Shown: positions 1 to 10,333, counted from the stretch's first letter. The stretch: 57,330 bases of DNA from an uncultured Planctomycetia bacterium (GCA_964534705.1 CAZHPY010000001.1:1-57330), one strand, 5' to 3'. Program-made: numbers and translations. Notes: a model not told the origin generated them from the sequence alone.

Positions 1-140
1 CTTATATTTATATAAGTCCCGCTATTCAGGATGGATACTGCGTTAAAGAACACAAATAAGAGAAGAAACGCATTAGGCCAGGACCTAAGAAATTTAAAAT
101 CCGGTTTTATGAGCTTACGTCCGATAAAACCAATGGACAT
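1..140 (-). CDS. Partial ORF (first 46 codons, runs off the left edge); hydrophobic, possibly a membrane protein of the same locus
   Basis: My own minus-strand translation from ATG at 140-138 gives MSIGFIGRKLIKPDFKFLRSWPNAFLLLFVFFNAVSILNSGTYINI, open to position 1. It is too short for the supplied track. No Shine-Dalgarno and no family recognised. Confidence 0.25.
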   Translation of the reverse strand, partial: MSIGFIGRKLIKPDFKFLRSWPNAFLLLFVFFNAVSILNSGTYINI

Positions 141-180
141 AAAAACCACAAAAATTTCAATCAGTGAAATAGAAATGGGT

Positions 181-211
181 ATAAAAAATAATACACCGTA
201 TAATGCGTATT
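181..211 (-). terminator. Weak candidate intrinsic terminator downstream of the sugar phosphotransferase gene
   Basis: Minus strand reads AATACGC, an 8-nt loop, then GTGTATT (7-bp stem including one G-U pair), followed by ATTTTTTAT. The stem is short and AT-rich. Confidence 0.2.
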
Positions 212-251
212 CATTGATAAAACTGAATAGATTATATAATTTATCTTTCAA

Positions 252-1655
252 TCAGTACGCACCCTTTCCCTTCAAAACCGCAGGAATGGTCAACAATATA
301 ATTTTTATGTCCAATCCTAATGACCAGTTATCAACATACCAGATATCCCAGCGCATCCAATTATTGAATTTTAGATCCGATCTTCCTTTTACCTGGGCTA
401 AGCCAGTAATTCCTGGCCTGATATTTAACCGCGGAATATGTTTATATTCAACCTTATCGCTTTCTTCAACAGGAAAAGGCCGGGGTCCTACCAGGCTCAT
501 ATCCCCCTTTACGACATTTATTAACTGAGGTAGCTCATCCATGCTATATCTGCGTAAAAATCTCCCAATGCCAGTCACTCGAGGATCGTTCCTGATCTTA
601 AAAATTGGCCCTTCTACCTCAGATTTACTCCTTAAGCTTTCTTTAAAGCTATCCGCATCCTTAATCATGGAACGGAATTTATACAGGTCGAAAACAACCC
701 CTTTCTTCCCGGAACGTTTTGAAACATAAAATACGGAGCCATGGCTTTCCAGCTTGATCAGAAAAGCGATTATTACAAACAAAGGGGAAAACAAGGTCAA
801 GATCAATCCGGCAATCAATATATCTGACAGGCGCTTACTAATGCTATCCGAAGCCTGAGAACCTTTTTCAAAATATGCCATCAAAGGAATGGCGCCAATA
901 TAATTTAACTTTACCTGGCGGTATGGCATATTAAAATGCTCGGCAACTATTCTCACGGTCCTGCCTAGCCTTGCACCTTTTTGGATTACTTCCCCTACGA
1001 TCTTGCGCTCGGAAGGGATAGAAACATAAACTTCATCTATAAAGTATCTATTTACAATTTTATCCATATCTGCGATCTTGCCTAACACCTGGCTACCATT
1101 CACCTTGCCTGTTTTTGTATCATCAAGAAATCCGATAGTTTTTATTCCTAAATAAGGAAAAGCTTTAATTTCTTCCGCGAGGGCCAGGCCCGCGCTTCCC
1201 GCCCCCACTATTAATATATTATAGTTAGCATATCCTTTTTGGATCAGATACCTGACGCAGATCCGCTTTATCGTCCGCCAGATGGAAAGGCTTAGCAATA
1301 AAGAGAGGGTTGATTCAACAAATACTAAACGAGAAAAGACCGTTATTCTCAAGATAAATATAAATAATACAGCTAGGATGGAGGCATATAAAATACATTT
1401 TGCCACCTTCAGCCATTCACCTGAAATGCTCAAATATCTATCGGTATAGTAAAGAAAAGCGTTTTTCAGCAAAAAAAGTAAGGTGACCCCCCAGAAAAAA
1501 TAGACTGCCAAATAAGATTTAAGGCCAGGCGGGTCATACTGAGGAACTAAAGCAGAATTGAATTTATATGGCCAATAAAAAGAGATGGCTATAAACACAA
1601 TATCTATCAAAAAGTAAATGGAATATATCCTGCTTTTCTTATTGAACATGCCCAA
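252..1655 (-). CDS. Polyprenyl-phosphate sugar-1-phosphate transferase (WbaP / EPS polyprenyl glycosylphosphotransferase family), the initiating enzyme
   Basis: 467-aa ORF with N-terminal TM helices, a central Rossmann-like ILIVGAGSAGLALAEEI segment, and the C-terminal bacterial sugar transferase signature DELPQLINVVKGDMSLVGPRPFP. Confidence 0.9.
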   Translation of the reverse strand: MGMFNKKSRIYSIYFLIDIVFIAISFYWPYKFNSALVPQYDPPGLKSYLAVYFFWGVTLLFLLKNAFLYYTDRYLSISGEWLKVAKCILYASILAVLFIFILRITVFSRLVFVESTLSLLLSLSIWRTIKRICVRYLIQKGYANYNILIVGAGSAGLALAEEIKAFPYLGIKTIGFLDDTKTGKVNGSQVLGKIADMDKIVNRYFIDEVYVSIPSERKIVGEVIQKGARLGRTVRIVAEHFNMPYRQVKLNYIGAIPLMAYFEKGSQASDSISKRLSDILIAGLILTLFSPLFVIIAFLIKLESHGSVFYVSKRSGKKGVVFDLYKFRSMIKDADSFKESLRSKSEVEGPIFKIRNDPRVTGIGRFLRRYSMDELPQLINVVKGDMSLVGPRPFPVEESDKVEYKHIPRLNIRPGITGLAQVKGRSDLKFNNWMRWDIWYVDNWSLGLDIKIILLTIPAVLKGKGAY

Positions 1656-1696
1656 TATTATAACATAGTAGCGTTAATTTGATGATGATTTTATGA

Positions 1697-2995
1697 TTAG
1701 CGTATGTCATCTGCCCTGCGATATAAAAAGGAATTACTCTCCTTATCATAATAAAATATCTTACCCCCTACGGACCATTCATTTTCCTTCAATATATCAA
1801 GGATGGAAGCCGCGTATATCCTGTTTCCCAGGGAATTATAATGATTTGACCTGTTTAAAATACCTTTATTCCCAGGATTAAGCCGCGTTGATTCTCTTTT
1901 AAAATAATCCATTATATTGTAATATTTTACGTATTCACTGTTCTCTTGAAAAAATTTAGTGAATTTTAGCGGCATATCGTCGCTGACAACAAAAATTAAA
2001 ACGCTATTATTTCTTTTAGCAACGTCTTTATAATTCTCTAATAGTTTGAGGTTATAATCTTCAGCCGGGTCAGAACCGGCATTTGGCATTTTATCTATGA
2101 CATCACGCGAGGAATGCCTTATTTTGTACTTAATATAAGATGTTTTCAATAATAAACCAAGATTTGAAAAAGACAATAGTTTGCTTGATAAAAACTTGTT
2201 TTTCTTGTAAAAATCGAGCTTATTATAAATATTTTCATTCCTCCACTCCGGGTTAAAAAGATCTTGCAAGGACGAGGCTTCATGAACCAATACACCCTGC
2301 TTAACAGAAGACTTCACCCTGTATAAGTGAGCTTGCCTCAGGTTGCCATTCTCTCCCGCTACGCCTAAAAAGCCATAAATATCATCACGCGGTCCCAACG
2401 ACACATAATTGGAAAATATAATATCAGGGCAGAAACGTAAACCGTCTTTTAAGTAACGCAAATATGACTGGACGAGGCCATATCCGCCGACGCCAAAATT
2501 TAAAACCTCGAGATTCCCAACGCTCTTCTCAAGATAATATTCCCAGGTATCCTCGTTCTTTTCTTCATCGCAATGAACGAAAGAGTCGCCAAAACAAGCT
2601 ATCCTTAAAATACCGTCTTTCGGGACAAGCGTATATTCTTCCTCTGACCTGACCCCTGCGCTATTAGAAATGTAGCCTCCGGCGCGCTTATTCCTTCCAA
2701 TAGTATAACCAAGCTCATCATCTACCCTGTAATAAAAACTACTTTTGTGCTGGCAATAATATACAGCATATATGAGCCTGAATTTATATAGCGTGTCCAG
2801 GATCGTTTGATTTCCGATTAAAAAAAGCCCCTTTCCCAGATAGCATTGATAAACAAAATAGCCATAAACTAAGCATTCTAATATTATAAAGATAAGCAGG
2901 AGTATCGTAAGTAGCGCAAGCAGAGGGCGTCGTGTCTTTTTATAAAAAAAGAAACTGGCAAAAAACGCTATCAACAAAATCAATATAAAAAGCAT
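1697..2995 (-). CDS. Membrane-anchored SGNH/GDSL-family hydrolase or acyltransferase
   Basis: 432-aa ORF with N-terminal TM helices. SGNH block I is ACFGDSFVH and block II is LNFGVGGYG. Confidence 0.6.
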   Translation of the reverse strand: MLFILILLIAFFASFFFYKKTRRPLLALLTILLLIFIILECLVYGYFVYQCYLGKGLFLIGNQTILDTLYKFRLIYAVYYCQHKSSFYYRVDDELGYTIGRNKRAGGYISNSAGVRSEEEYTLVPKDGILRIACFGDSFVHCDEEKNEDTWEYYLEKSVGNLEVLNFGVGGYGLVQSYLRYLKDGLRFCPDIIFSNYVSLGPRDDIYGFLGVAGENGNLRQAHLYRVKSSVKQGVLVHEASSLQDLFNPEWRNENIYNKLDFYKKNKFLSSKLLSFSNLGLLLKTSYIKYKIRHSSRDVIDKMPNAGSDPAEDYNLKLLENYKDVAKRNNSVLIFVVSDDMPLKFTKFFQENSEYVKYYNIMDYFKRESTRLNPGNKGILNRSNHYNSLGNRIYAASILDILKENEWSVGGKIFYYDKESNSFLYRRADDIR

Positions 2996-3011
2996 AATCC
3001 TGCCTCCGTTT

Positions 3012-3782
3012 TCATGGCCTGCCGTTATCCCGCCGGTGTCGTTTGAATAATTCTATCACTACATAATAAATGAACGAGGGAATGTCGATCAGGTATCTGC
3101 GCCACAATCTCCTGGGTTCGGTAACGAGCCGGAAAAGCCACTCAAAGCCGTTATTCCTTATCCAGCGAGGCGCCTGAGGCTTTGCCCCTGCCAGGAAATC
3201 GAAAGCCGCACCTACGCCTACCATAACAGGGGCTTTTATTCTGCTCCTGTGCTCATACATCCACATGTCCTGCTTCGGCGAACCCAATCCGACCCAAATT
3301 ACGTCAGGATTATTGTCATTAATATCTTTCACTATCTTGTCGTCTTCTTCTTTGGTCAAGTTTCGAAAAGGCGGGGAAAATATGCCGGAAATGATCAAGC
3401 CTGGATATTTTTTATTTAGATTCTCTTTCAGTTTATCCAGGACATCCGTTCCTGAACCGTAAAAATAATTCCTATACCCTTTTTCAGCGGAGACCCTACA
3501 GATCTCCTGCATTAATTCCGGGCCATACACCCTTCTTGTATTCTTGTATCCAAACATCCGTCCTGCCCATACCAAAGGCATGCCGTCAGGCGTAGCCAGG
3601 TTCGCAGAATTAACGCTCGCGAACATTCTTTTATTCCGCTTGCATTCCATGACAGTATTAACGGTACATACGCATATATATATCTTTTGTTTTTTTAGTA
3701 TCGCGTTCTCTACAAATGAACGTGCATCGCTCATGTTTATCGCTGAAATATTAACATCTAAAACAGAGAATTTATTTAACAT
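3012..3782 (-). CDS. WecG/TagA/CpsF-family glycosyltransferase (GT26, ManNAc/ManNAcA-type transferase)
   Basis: 256-aa ORF with the family-typical strings NLATPDGMPLVWAGR, VGLGSPKQDMW and GVGAAFDFLAG. Confidence 0.85.
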   Translation of the reverse strand: MLNKFSVLDVNISAINMSDARSFVENAILKKQKIYICVCTVNTVMECKRNKRMFASVNSANLATPDGMPLVWAGRMFGYKNTRRVYGPELMQEICRVSAEKGYRNYFYGSGTDVLDKLKENLNKKYPGLIISGIFSPPFRNLTKEEDDKIVKDINDNNPDVIWVGLGSPKQDMWMYEHRSRIKAPVMVGVGAAFDFLAGAKPQAPRWIRNNGFEWLFRLVTEPRRLWRRYLIDIPSFIYYVVIELFKRHRRDNGRP

Positions 3783-5289
3783 TTCTATCGGGTATCCGTT
3801 CTGAAATATATGTAAGGATGAACGGCAACAAATATATTCCTAAAGCTCTGACCAGAAGAACCGGATAAAAGCTAAGATAGATCCCTTTCATAGCAATTAC
3901 CGCCGGGCTAGAAATATTAAAAACCATCATAATACAAATCAAAAGATACAGCGGTCCGCCTTTAAAAATGGCGGTGAAAAGCGCGGATGGATCTTTTACC
4001 AACATCGTCCATATATTTTTCTGATATGTGTTATTTCCCCAGCCGCTATCTCCAAAATACTGCTTTACGACCTGCAGCGTCAATTCTTTAGGGTTCCCTT
4101 CAAAGGCCAACATCGACAATAACGGCAATGTGCACAATGCCAAAGAAACAATAAGAACCACACCCCTGCCAAAACGATCGCTAGCCCTGTTCAACACTAA
4201 TGCCAAAGGATATACGCATAATGGGGCCGCTGCCGGTATTAAATACCGATAACCATACCATCCCCCCTGAGTCTTCCAGGTTATGACAACATAAAGATTC
4301 ACCAGTAACGGCAACATGCTAAATAGGATCGCCCGACGTAAAGGGTACTTGAAAAACACAGCGCCCAGCAACCCGATCAAGATAAAAGGGGCTGTATAGA
4401 TCAGGCCCCAATCGATACCGGTCAAGATATGCCACAGCCGCTGAAAATAAAAAAGCGGCGCATGGAAGTTCAGAAGCAAATCCTTGATCACGCTATTGTT
4501 GCTGGTATTGTGGTAAACAATATCGGGCAGTACCTGAAAGGCCGCCACCAGGCCTCCTGCAAAAATATATGACAGCAATATCTTTTTCCATGCCCCGGCT
4601 CGGTCCTGCCGGGTAACACGGATAGCGAACAAGAGCACAGGCCACACTACCAACATCGCCACATTATTGAGGCGTATTAAAACAAGAAGCCCTGTGATAG
4701 CGCCGACAACCACAGCGCTTATATATTTCCGGCCCCAGACATGCCATTCCTCTTGAGGCAGCAATAAAAACCACACCAGCGTGCTTATCATGCAAAATTC
4801 AGAGATATGGCTAAAGACAGGCCTGCGAAAAGCGAATAAGGGGATCCCCTGGCATAGGACAATTAAAAATACAGCCAGCACTGTTTCGTATTCCTTAAAA
4901 TGATGCCTAAGCCCGCGGTACAATAAAAAACAACCCAACCAGAGATAAAATACCGAGGATAGCACAAAACCATATACAGACCAGCTTTGGGGTATATTGC
5001 CCGGATCTCGCTGTAACGCTATAGAACTCTCCATAAAACGGTCGAGCCATGAAAAAAGATAAACAAACGGAGACGCCATTAATCCCGGGCCTATGGAATG
5101 CGCCGGGCAATCCCCGTCGTTCATGTAAAATTCTTTCCTATAAGAGGGAAACTGCCCATAACTTATAGACGAGGCATGCGCAAAATAAGAATAGTCATCG
5201 CCGGAATACATCATCCGGCCGGCATCCATCTGATATGGCCTGAAAAGCAGGAAACCGACCAGAAATATCAAAACACTTATTTTCTTCAT
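3772..5289 (-). CDS. Polytopic membrane protein, GT-C-fold-like (possible polyprenyl-P-sugar-dependent glycosyltransferase)
   Basis: 505-aa ORF with more than 10 predicted hydrophobic spans. An acidic motif, SGDDYSYF, follows the first TM, as in ArnT/PMT-type GT-C enzymes. Family assignment is tentative. Confidence 0.5.
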   Translation of the reverse strand: MKKISVLIFLVGFLLFRPYQMDAGRMMYSGDDYSYFAHASSISYGQFPSYRKEFYMNDGDCPAHSIGPGLMASPFVYLFSWLDRFMESSIALQRDPGNIPQSWSVYGFVLSSVFYLWLGCFLLYRGLRHHFKEYETVLAVFLIVLCQGIPLFAFRRPVFSHISEFCMISTLVWFLLLPQEEWHVWGRKYISAVVVGAITGLLVLIRLNNVAMLVVWPVLLFAIRVTRQDRAGAWKKILLSYIFAGGLVAAFQVLPDIVYHNTSNNSVIKDLLLNFHAPLFYFQRLWHILTGIDWGLIYTAPFILIGLLGAVFFKYPLRRAILFSMLPLLVNLYVVITWKTQGGWYGYRYLIPAAAPLCVYPLALVLNRASDRFGRGVVLIVSLALCTLPLLSMLAFEGNPKELTLQVVKQYFGDSGWGNNTYQKNIWTMLVKDPSALFTAIFKGGPLYLLICIMMVFNISSPAVIAMKGIYLSFYPVLLVRALGIYLLPFILTYISERIPDRNVK

Positions 5290-6059
5290 TCGCCCCTGAT
5301 TCCCGCCAATTCCTTGTCCGATGGGTAACTGATCAAGACACCGCGTTTTGGTCCATGAAACACAAAGATACTTCCCGCCGCAACCGCAGAAGCCCTCCCA
5401 TCTTCGATCGCTTCACTGAAATCCTTTAAGGCCCCCGCGCCGCCGCAGGCAATAACGGGGATCTTCACAGAATCGGCGATCTGCTGAATAAGCTCAACAT
5501 CATACCCTTTCATCGAGCCATCCCGGTCGATGGAATTCACTAGCAGCTCTCCGGCGCCAAGTCTCTCCATAGCAACAGCATGCTTGACAGGATCAAGCCC
5601 CGTAGCCTTAACTCCCGAATGTATGTACACTTCGGTATTGCCCCGCGAACTCTTTTTGACGTCAACAGATACCATAATACATTGATTACCAAAAATCCTT
5701 GCCCCCTCTTTTACAACCTCAGGATTTTCAACGGCAACAGAACAAAGGCAGACTTTCTCAGCGCCGGCATTGAGCATTGCACGCATACTATCGACCGTTT
5801 TTAATCCGCCGCCGACGCCGAACGGCATCTGGCATTCATTTGATACCAGCTGGATCAATATGGGGTCAGGAATGCGGTTTTCCCGGGTCGCCGTAATATC
5901 CAGAAAAATTATCTCGTCCGCTTTTTTCATATTAAAGATATGCACGGCATTACTAGGATCTCCGATATAGACATGGTCTTTAAATTGCCTGCCTTTTACA
6001 AGACCTTTGCCGCGCAATAAAAGACAGGGTATTATGCGGGGTAACAGCATGTCAGGCAT
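5286..6059 (-). CDS. HisF-like cyclase subunit of the glycan-cluster type (WbuZ / HisF2-like), copy 1
   Basis: 257-aa ORF. RIIPCLLLRGKGLVKGRQF, VGGGLKTVD and IACGGAG are HisF-fold signatures. It overlaps the HisH-like gene by 8 nt. Confidence 0.85.
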   Translation of the reverse strand: MPDMLLPRIIPCLLLRGKGLVKGRQFKDHVYIGDPSNAVHIFNMKKADEIIFLDITATRENRIPDPILIQLVSNECQMPFGVGGGLKTVDSMRAMLNAGAEKVCLCSVAVENPEVVKEGARIFGNQCIMVSVDVKKSSRGNTEVYIHSGVKATGLDPVKHAVAMERLGAGELLVNSIDRDGSMKGYDVELIQQIADSVKIPVIACGGAGALKDFSEAIEDGRASAVAAGSIFVFHGPKRGVLISYPSDKELAGIRGE

Positions 6060-6687
6060 ACCTCAAAAAATTCTCGATCACAGAGATCCCGTGTGAATGG
6101 CTTTTTTCCGGATGGAATTGAACGCCAAAGATATTCTCTTTTTCGATAGCGGATACAAAATCATAACCATGATCCGTGACTGCCGTTACATCCTTGATGC
6201 GCTCACAGCATATATGATAAGAATGGGAAAAATAAAATCTGCTGCCCGACACTACCCCCCTAAACAGGAGACTATCCTTCTGAAAATTTACCTTGTTCCA
6301 ACCCACATGAGGAATCCGTAATCTCACTAAGGATGCCGCATCTGTCTTATTGCCGGAAAAATCAAAGAGCCGAGTACGCGCTTCTACCCATCCTAACCCA
6401 TCAACATTGCCTTCTTCGCTAAAAGAAGTCATCAATTGCATGCCCAGACAAATGCCTAGGATAGGCGTTCTTTCTTTAAGCACTTTTTTGTTCAGGACAT
6501 CTACCAACCCGCGTGCGCGGATATTGGCCATACCGGAGGCAAACTGACCGACCCCGGGGAAAATGATTTTAGAAGCAGCCTCTATGTCGTCAATACATGA
6601 AGAGACGATAGCTCCATATTTCAGCCGACCAATCTTGCTTAAGATCGAGTGCAAATTCCCCATTCCATAATCAACTATCACTATCAC
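6052..6687 (-). CDS. HisH-like class I glutamine amidotransferase subunit (WbuY / HisH2-like), copy 1
   Basis: 211-aa ORF with IVIVDYGMGNLHS, GICLGMQL (catalytic Cys), HVGWN and GVQFHPEKS. Confidence 0.9.
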   Translation of the reverse strand: MIVIVDYGMGNLHSILSKIGRLKYGAIVSSCIDDIEAASKIIFPGVGQFASGMANIRARGLVDVLNKKVLKERTPILGICLGMQLMTSFSEEGNVDGLGWVEARTRLFDFSGNKTDAASLVRLRIPHVGWNKVNFQKDSLLFRGVVSGSRFYFSHSYHICCERIKDVTAVTDHGYDFVSAIEKENIFGVQFHPEKSHSHGISVIENFLRYA

Positions 6688-7631
6688 CGCGCAACCCCCG
6701 CAACTTCACCGGATCTTTTAAGCGGCATAAGACATCCAACTCCAAAAACAAGTCCGTCACCAAATATCGCAATAAGCCGATGCAATACCAGTGCTATCAT
6801 TAATGGTTCGGGCGCTATCACCGTTGATAAGAGCATAAACAACGCCGCCTCCCTGACACCCAGGCCTCCCGGGGCACCGGGAGTAATGAACCCGCAGGTC
6901 CACGATAATGCCATAGCGCCAATTAAAAATATGCCCTGCAATAGATTGACCGGGACACCAATGATGAAGACCAGTATCATCGCCAGCAATAGTCCTAGCC
7001 ATATAATTACCGCAGAGTTAATAAACAATAGAATACCGATAATCTTTATAAATTGCGCCGAAAAAAAATGCCGGCGGTCGGCCGGACTCATCCGCCTGAC
7101 AAAAATAATGGACACCACAAAGGCTGAAAAAATGCACACGGCCACGACTGTGATTTTCAGCAACCCATGCCCGACAAGCCAGCCTGCCCAGACCTTATTT
7201 AAGGATGATAAGGAAAAAACCGCTGCCACCAGTAGGGATGATAAAATCAAAAAAACAGTTTCCAGGACGCTCCCAAGGGCAATGTCGCCATTGGATATCC
7301 CATATCGATAACCAAGGTAGTTACGTCCAACAAATTCCATGAAATTACCAGGTAAATATTTTAAAATATTGACACGGAAATATATCCCCAACACATCCCG
7401 AAAAGGGACTCCCCTTGCCGGCGCGGAGATAAATCGCAATATCAAAAACCATCCCCAGGCTAAGAGAGCAAAGAAGGCTCCATAGATAATAATAAATACC
7501 GCCGCCGCCCATAACGATCCGGAACGAGACAAATGAACGATGCTGAAATTCAATCGAAGGCAGATACGTATTAGATAAAAAAATGCCAGAGAGGTAATAG
7601 CAAAACCGAGTATTTTTGCAACTTTTTTCAT
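6684..7631 (-). CDS. UPF0104 / lysyl-PG-synthase-TM-like (flippase-like) polytopic membrane protein
   Basis: 315-aa hydrophobic ORF with the family-typical PGAPGGLGVREAAL motif near the C-terminal third. Confidence 0.7.
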   Translation of the reverse strand: MKKVAKILGFAITSLAFFYLIRICLRLNFSIVHLSRSGSLWAAAVFIIIYGAFFALLAWGWFLILRFISAPARGVPFRDVLGIYFRVNILKYLPGNFMEFVGRNYLGYRYGISNGDIALGSVLETVFLILSSLLVAAVFSLSSLNKVWAGWLVGHGLLKITVVAVCIFSAFVVSIIFVRRMSPADRRHFFSAQFIKIIGILLFINSAVIIWLGLLLAMILVFIIGVPVNLLQGIFLIGAMALSWTCGFITPGAPGGLGVREAALFMLLSTVIAPEPLMIALVLHRLIAIFGDGLVFGVGCLMPLKRSGEVAGVAR

Positions 7632-7643
7632 TGATACAAACCT

Positions 7644-8192
7644 TTAAAAGCGTTCTTTGATAACACGTGCCGGGACGCCTGTTACTACCGACCAGGCAGG
7701 CACGTCGCTGACCACAACGGCTCCAGCTCCGACAATGGCGCCCTGTCCGATCTCTCTTACAGAGTCCATGATCACTACGTTGGCCCCGACCCAGGAATCC
7801 CGTCTTATGACTAAAAGCGATCTGGTAATCGCCCATTGTGATTTAGGTGCACGCGTAATAAGATGCGTATGCGTCTCGATCAATACATTTTGACTGATCC
7901 AGACATCGTCCTCAATTATAACACCTCCGGAATAATCTATCTCGACATGATGATTAATAGCGACGTTCTTACCGATAGATAATCGCCCGACTGGTTTCGG
8001 TTCCGATAAGAAATCGGCACGGATAAATCTACAGGAGCTTCCGACAATCATGCCGGGTCCAGTTTTAAAAAGCCATCGATAAACAATATTACGCAATTGA
8101 TAAAAAGGAGGGAGATCAAAAATTCCGCAACCAACAGATAATTGGAAAAAACGCTTAAAGAATTCTGTGAAACAGATCGTTTGCATGGTCAA
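7644..8192 (-). CDS. Hexapeptide-repeat (LbH) acetyltransferase, WcaF/MAT-like
   Basis: 182-aa ORF. The C-terminal LbH repeats WVGANVVIMDSVREIGQGAIVGAGAVVVSDVPAWSVVTGVPARVI are typical of sugar O-acetyltransferases. Confidence 0.85.
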   Translation of the reverse strand: MTMQTICFTEFFKRFFQLSVGCGIFDLPPFYQLRNIVYRWLFKTGPGMIVGSSCRFIRADFLSEPKPVGRLSIGKNVAINHHVEIDYSGGVIIEDDVWISQNVLIETHTHLITRAPKSQWAITRSLLVIRRDSWVGANVVIMDSVREIGQGAIVGAGAVVVSDVPAWSVVTGVPARVIKERF

Positions 8193-9316
8193 TTACAATA
8201 TTTTTCGTAAAGCACCGGGGTAACGAGATCCCAGTCAACCGCTGTCTTAACAAGGCCCTTGAACGACTGAAGAAAAGAATCGCTCGTCTTATAATCACGG
8301 TAACTTTTCACGGGTAAGGCCAGGATCCGGTCAAATTCCTGTGCAGTCAGTTCCAATTTTCGGATGCAATATTCGACAAGATCATCTGGTATGCTAGGCG
8401 ACTGTGACAATATGCATTGCGCCCGGGCTCGAGATATCAATCCTGAACGAACGGGACCCGAAAGATATACCTTCCTCTTGTCGATCCCGAACTTGCGAGG
8501 AAGCAACCAACCAAAAACAAATTTTGAATAGATGCTCTCATAATGGTTCCCCCCATACGGCCGCCATCCGAACTTACTGGTTAATTCCTGCCCGGCTTTT
8601 TCCTTATCATAATCCAGATAATTCAGCAATGGCACCTGCCGTATACCTTTGATAAACATATAGAACAGAATTGTCGGGATCGTCAGGTTTGGGAATGATC
8701 TTAAAGGGGCTGTTCCGAATTCCTTATTGACCGATTGGATATAAAGTCCGTCAAGATATCCCCACTCACGCGGTACAGTTCCTTCTGTAAAGAACGACTG
8801 TCCTCCGATAATATAGCGTATTCCTTCGCGATGGGCGACTCTCATAAGGGCTCCGTGGATACCAACATCGGTCGGAGTCTCAATACAGGGAACAGACGCC
8901 TTTAAGAATGCGACTTGAAGGCTTCGAAACTCCTGCCAATCCATAACATATGTATAAAGGCTTACATCCAGTTTAGCCGTCATATTTTTAATATTAGTAA
9001 CCGCTTCGTCGGTATCCCATCCATTGTCGAAATGTACCGCCAGCGGCCTGAGACCCATATTTTTAGCCATATACAGAGCGTAGGAACTGTCCACGCCGCC
9101 ACTAACTCCGACGATACAATCGTATTCCAGCCTACGTCCTGTCTTCTTAATATTTAGGACAAGCTCATCCACGGCATTGGGTTTACGTATTTTTTGCTGA
9201 TAATAAGAAACCAACATATCGTGACTATGACAATAATTACAGATACCTTCCGCATCAAACCGGATAGAGCGCAATGTCGTATCCAACAAACATCGTTTGC
9301 ATACTTTTACACTCAT
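8189..9316 (-). CDS. N-acetyl sugar amidotransferase (WbpG / WbuX / PseA family, PP-loop ATPase), copy 1
   Basis: 375-aa ORF with an N-terminal Cys cluster (CKRCLLDT...CNYC) and the PP-loop motif GVSGGVDSSY. It sits close to HisH/HisF-like genes. Confidence 0.85.
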   Translation of the reverse strand: MSVKVCKRCLLDTTLRSIRFDAEGICNYCHSHDMLVSYYQQKIRKPNAVDELVLNIKKTGRRLEYDCIVGVSGGVDSSYALYMAKNMGLRPLAVHFDNGWDTDEAVTNIKNMTAKLDVSLYTYVMDWQEFRSLQVAFLKASVPCIETPTDVGIHGALMRVAHREGIRYIIGGQSFFTEGTVPREWGYLDGLYIQSVNKEFGTAPLRSFPNLTIPTILFYMFIKGIRQVPLLNYLDYDKEKAGQELTSKFGWRPYGGNHYESIYSKFVFGWLLPRKFGIDKRKVYLSGPVRSGLISRARAQCILSQSPSIPDDLVEYCIRKLELTAQEFDRILALPVKSYRDYKTSDSFLQSFKGLVKTAVDWDLVTPVLYEKYCN

Positions 9317-10275
9317 CGCTCCCCTTCCTGCATATCAAATAACATGGCAAATAAGAAAAATTGTAACCCACTTATCAGCATCAACGCATCCAAAACCGCC
9401 CGGGTGGCTGTTACGCCATAACCACCGAATAAAATACGATCGGCAACCAGATAAGCTCCGTAGCCAAAACCCGCAAGCAACAACACAAAAGCCAAATAAT
9501 AGAAAAAAGCCAAGGGATGAAAATCCAGAAAAAGATATTTAAAATTCAATCTCCACCAAAAACCGCGCCACAGCATAGGCGAAACCCTTAAAGCATAATT
9601 AAACCCTTTGATCTGGGACTGGCGCGCTCCTTTTAAATAGATGGCGGTTCGGGAGATATCTTTCACCTTGAATGAATAGGCATTAAGGCGTATTAGAAAA
9701 TCCATCGGATATCCATAGCCGGACCAGGCTTTTGACCAATCGATCCCATCGATAGCTTTTTTACTTATCGCCGTATAGCCGTCAACGACATCCATGACCT
9801 TATAATATCCTGAGGCGATCTTTGTTAACGCTGTAATGATCCAATTGCCGACCAAGCGAAGCCGCGGCATCTTTCCCAGCGTATCTTCCAGTTTGCTTAA
9901 CATAAAACGATTGCCTTTGGTATAATCAACCTCGCCATTAATTATAGGATCCAGAAAATGCGTGACTTCATCAAGCGGCATTTGGTAATCCGCACCAACG
10001 ACCAATGCGATATCATAGCCTTCCCGGGACGACTTTAAATATCCAGTAATGATCGCTCCTCCCGGCCCCTTATTACGGTCATGTTTGATCAGCTGTATAC
10101 GAGGATCGAGGGCTGCGCATTCCAGGATCACGACATTTTGATTATCCGTACTCTTATCATCAACTACATAGATGACATCGATAAGAGTCGGTATATTATT
10201 TTCAAGGGTCAACCGTATCAGCTTCTCTTCATTATAAGCCGGGATCACAAGCGCAATTTTCTTATTTTTGTACAT
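9313..10275 (-). CDS. GT2 glycosyltransferase with C-terminal TM helices (GtrB / polyprenyl-phosphate sugar synthase-like)
   Basis: 320-aa ORF with N-terminal ALVIPAYNEE and VVDDKSTD motifs and two C-terminal hydrophobic helices. A GGAGGGG Shine-Dalgarno lies just upstream of the ATG. Confidence 0.8.
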   Translation of the reverse strand: MYKNKKIALVIPAYNEEKLIRLTLENNIPTLIDVIYVVDDKSTDNQNVVILECAALDPRIQLIKHDRNKGPGGAIITGYLKSSREGYDIALVVGADYQMPLDEVTHFLDPIINGEVDYTKGNRFMLSKLEDTLGKMPRLRLVGNWIITALTKIASGYYKVMDVVDGYTAISKKAIDGIDWSKAWSGYGYPMDFLIRLNAYSFKVKDISRTAIYLKGARQSQIKGFNYALRVSPMLWRGFWWRLNFKYLFLDFHPLAFFYYLAFVLLLAGFGYGAYLVADRILFGGYGVTATRAVLDALMLISGLQFFLFAMLFDMQEGER

Positions 10276-10333
10276 GTCCCCTCCGTCACTTCATGGAAAA
10301 TTTTTAACGGTCCCGAAAATGCAGCCGATCATA

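Noticed and set aside
31-528. 165-aa plus-strand ORF at the left edge
   Set aside because: - More than half of it lies antisense to the strongly supported sugar phosphotransferase gene (252-1655).
- It has no recognisable motifs and no RBS.
- The upstream part is better explained as intergenic sequence plus a minus-strand partial ORF.
5286-6687. HisH/HisF pair (and the second pair at 30028-31427) as histidine biosynthesis genes
   Set aside because: - No other his genes are present.
- Both pairs sit next to PP-loop N-acetyl sugar amidotransferases in a glycan locus. This matches the WbuY/WbuZ (HisH2/HisF2) ammonia-supplying role rather than IGP synthase for histidine.
6649-7311. 220-aa plus-strand ORF rich in Pro, Thr, Ser and Ile
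   Set aside because: It is a shadow ORF antisense to the UPF0104 membrane protein gene. Its low-complexity composition is typical of reading a hydrophobic gene backwards.
7345-7836. 163-aa minus-strand ORF in an alternative frame
   Set aside because: It overlaps two well-supported genes (the UPF0104 protein and the LbH acetyltransferase) out of frame. Its Cys/Arg/Gly-rich composition looks non-coding.
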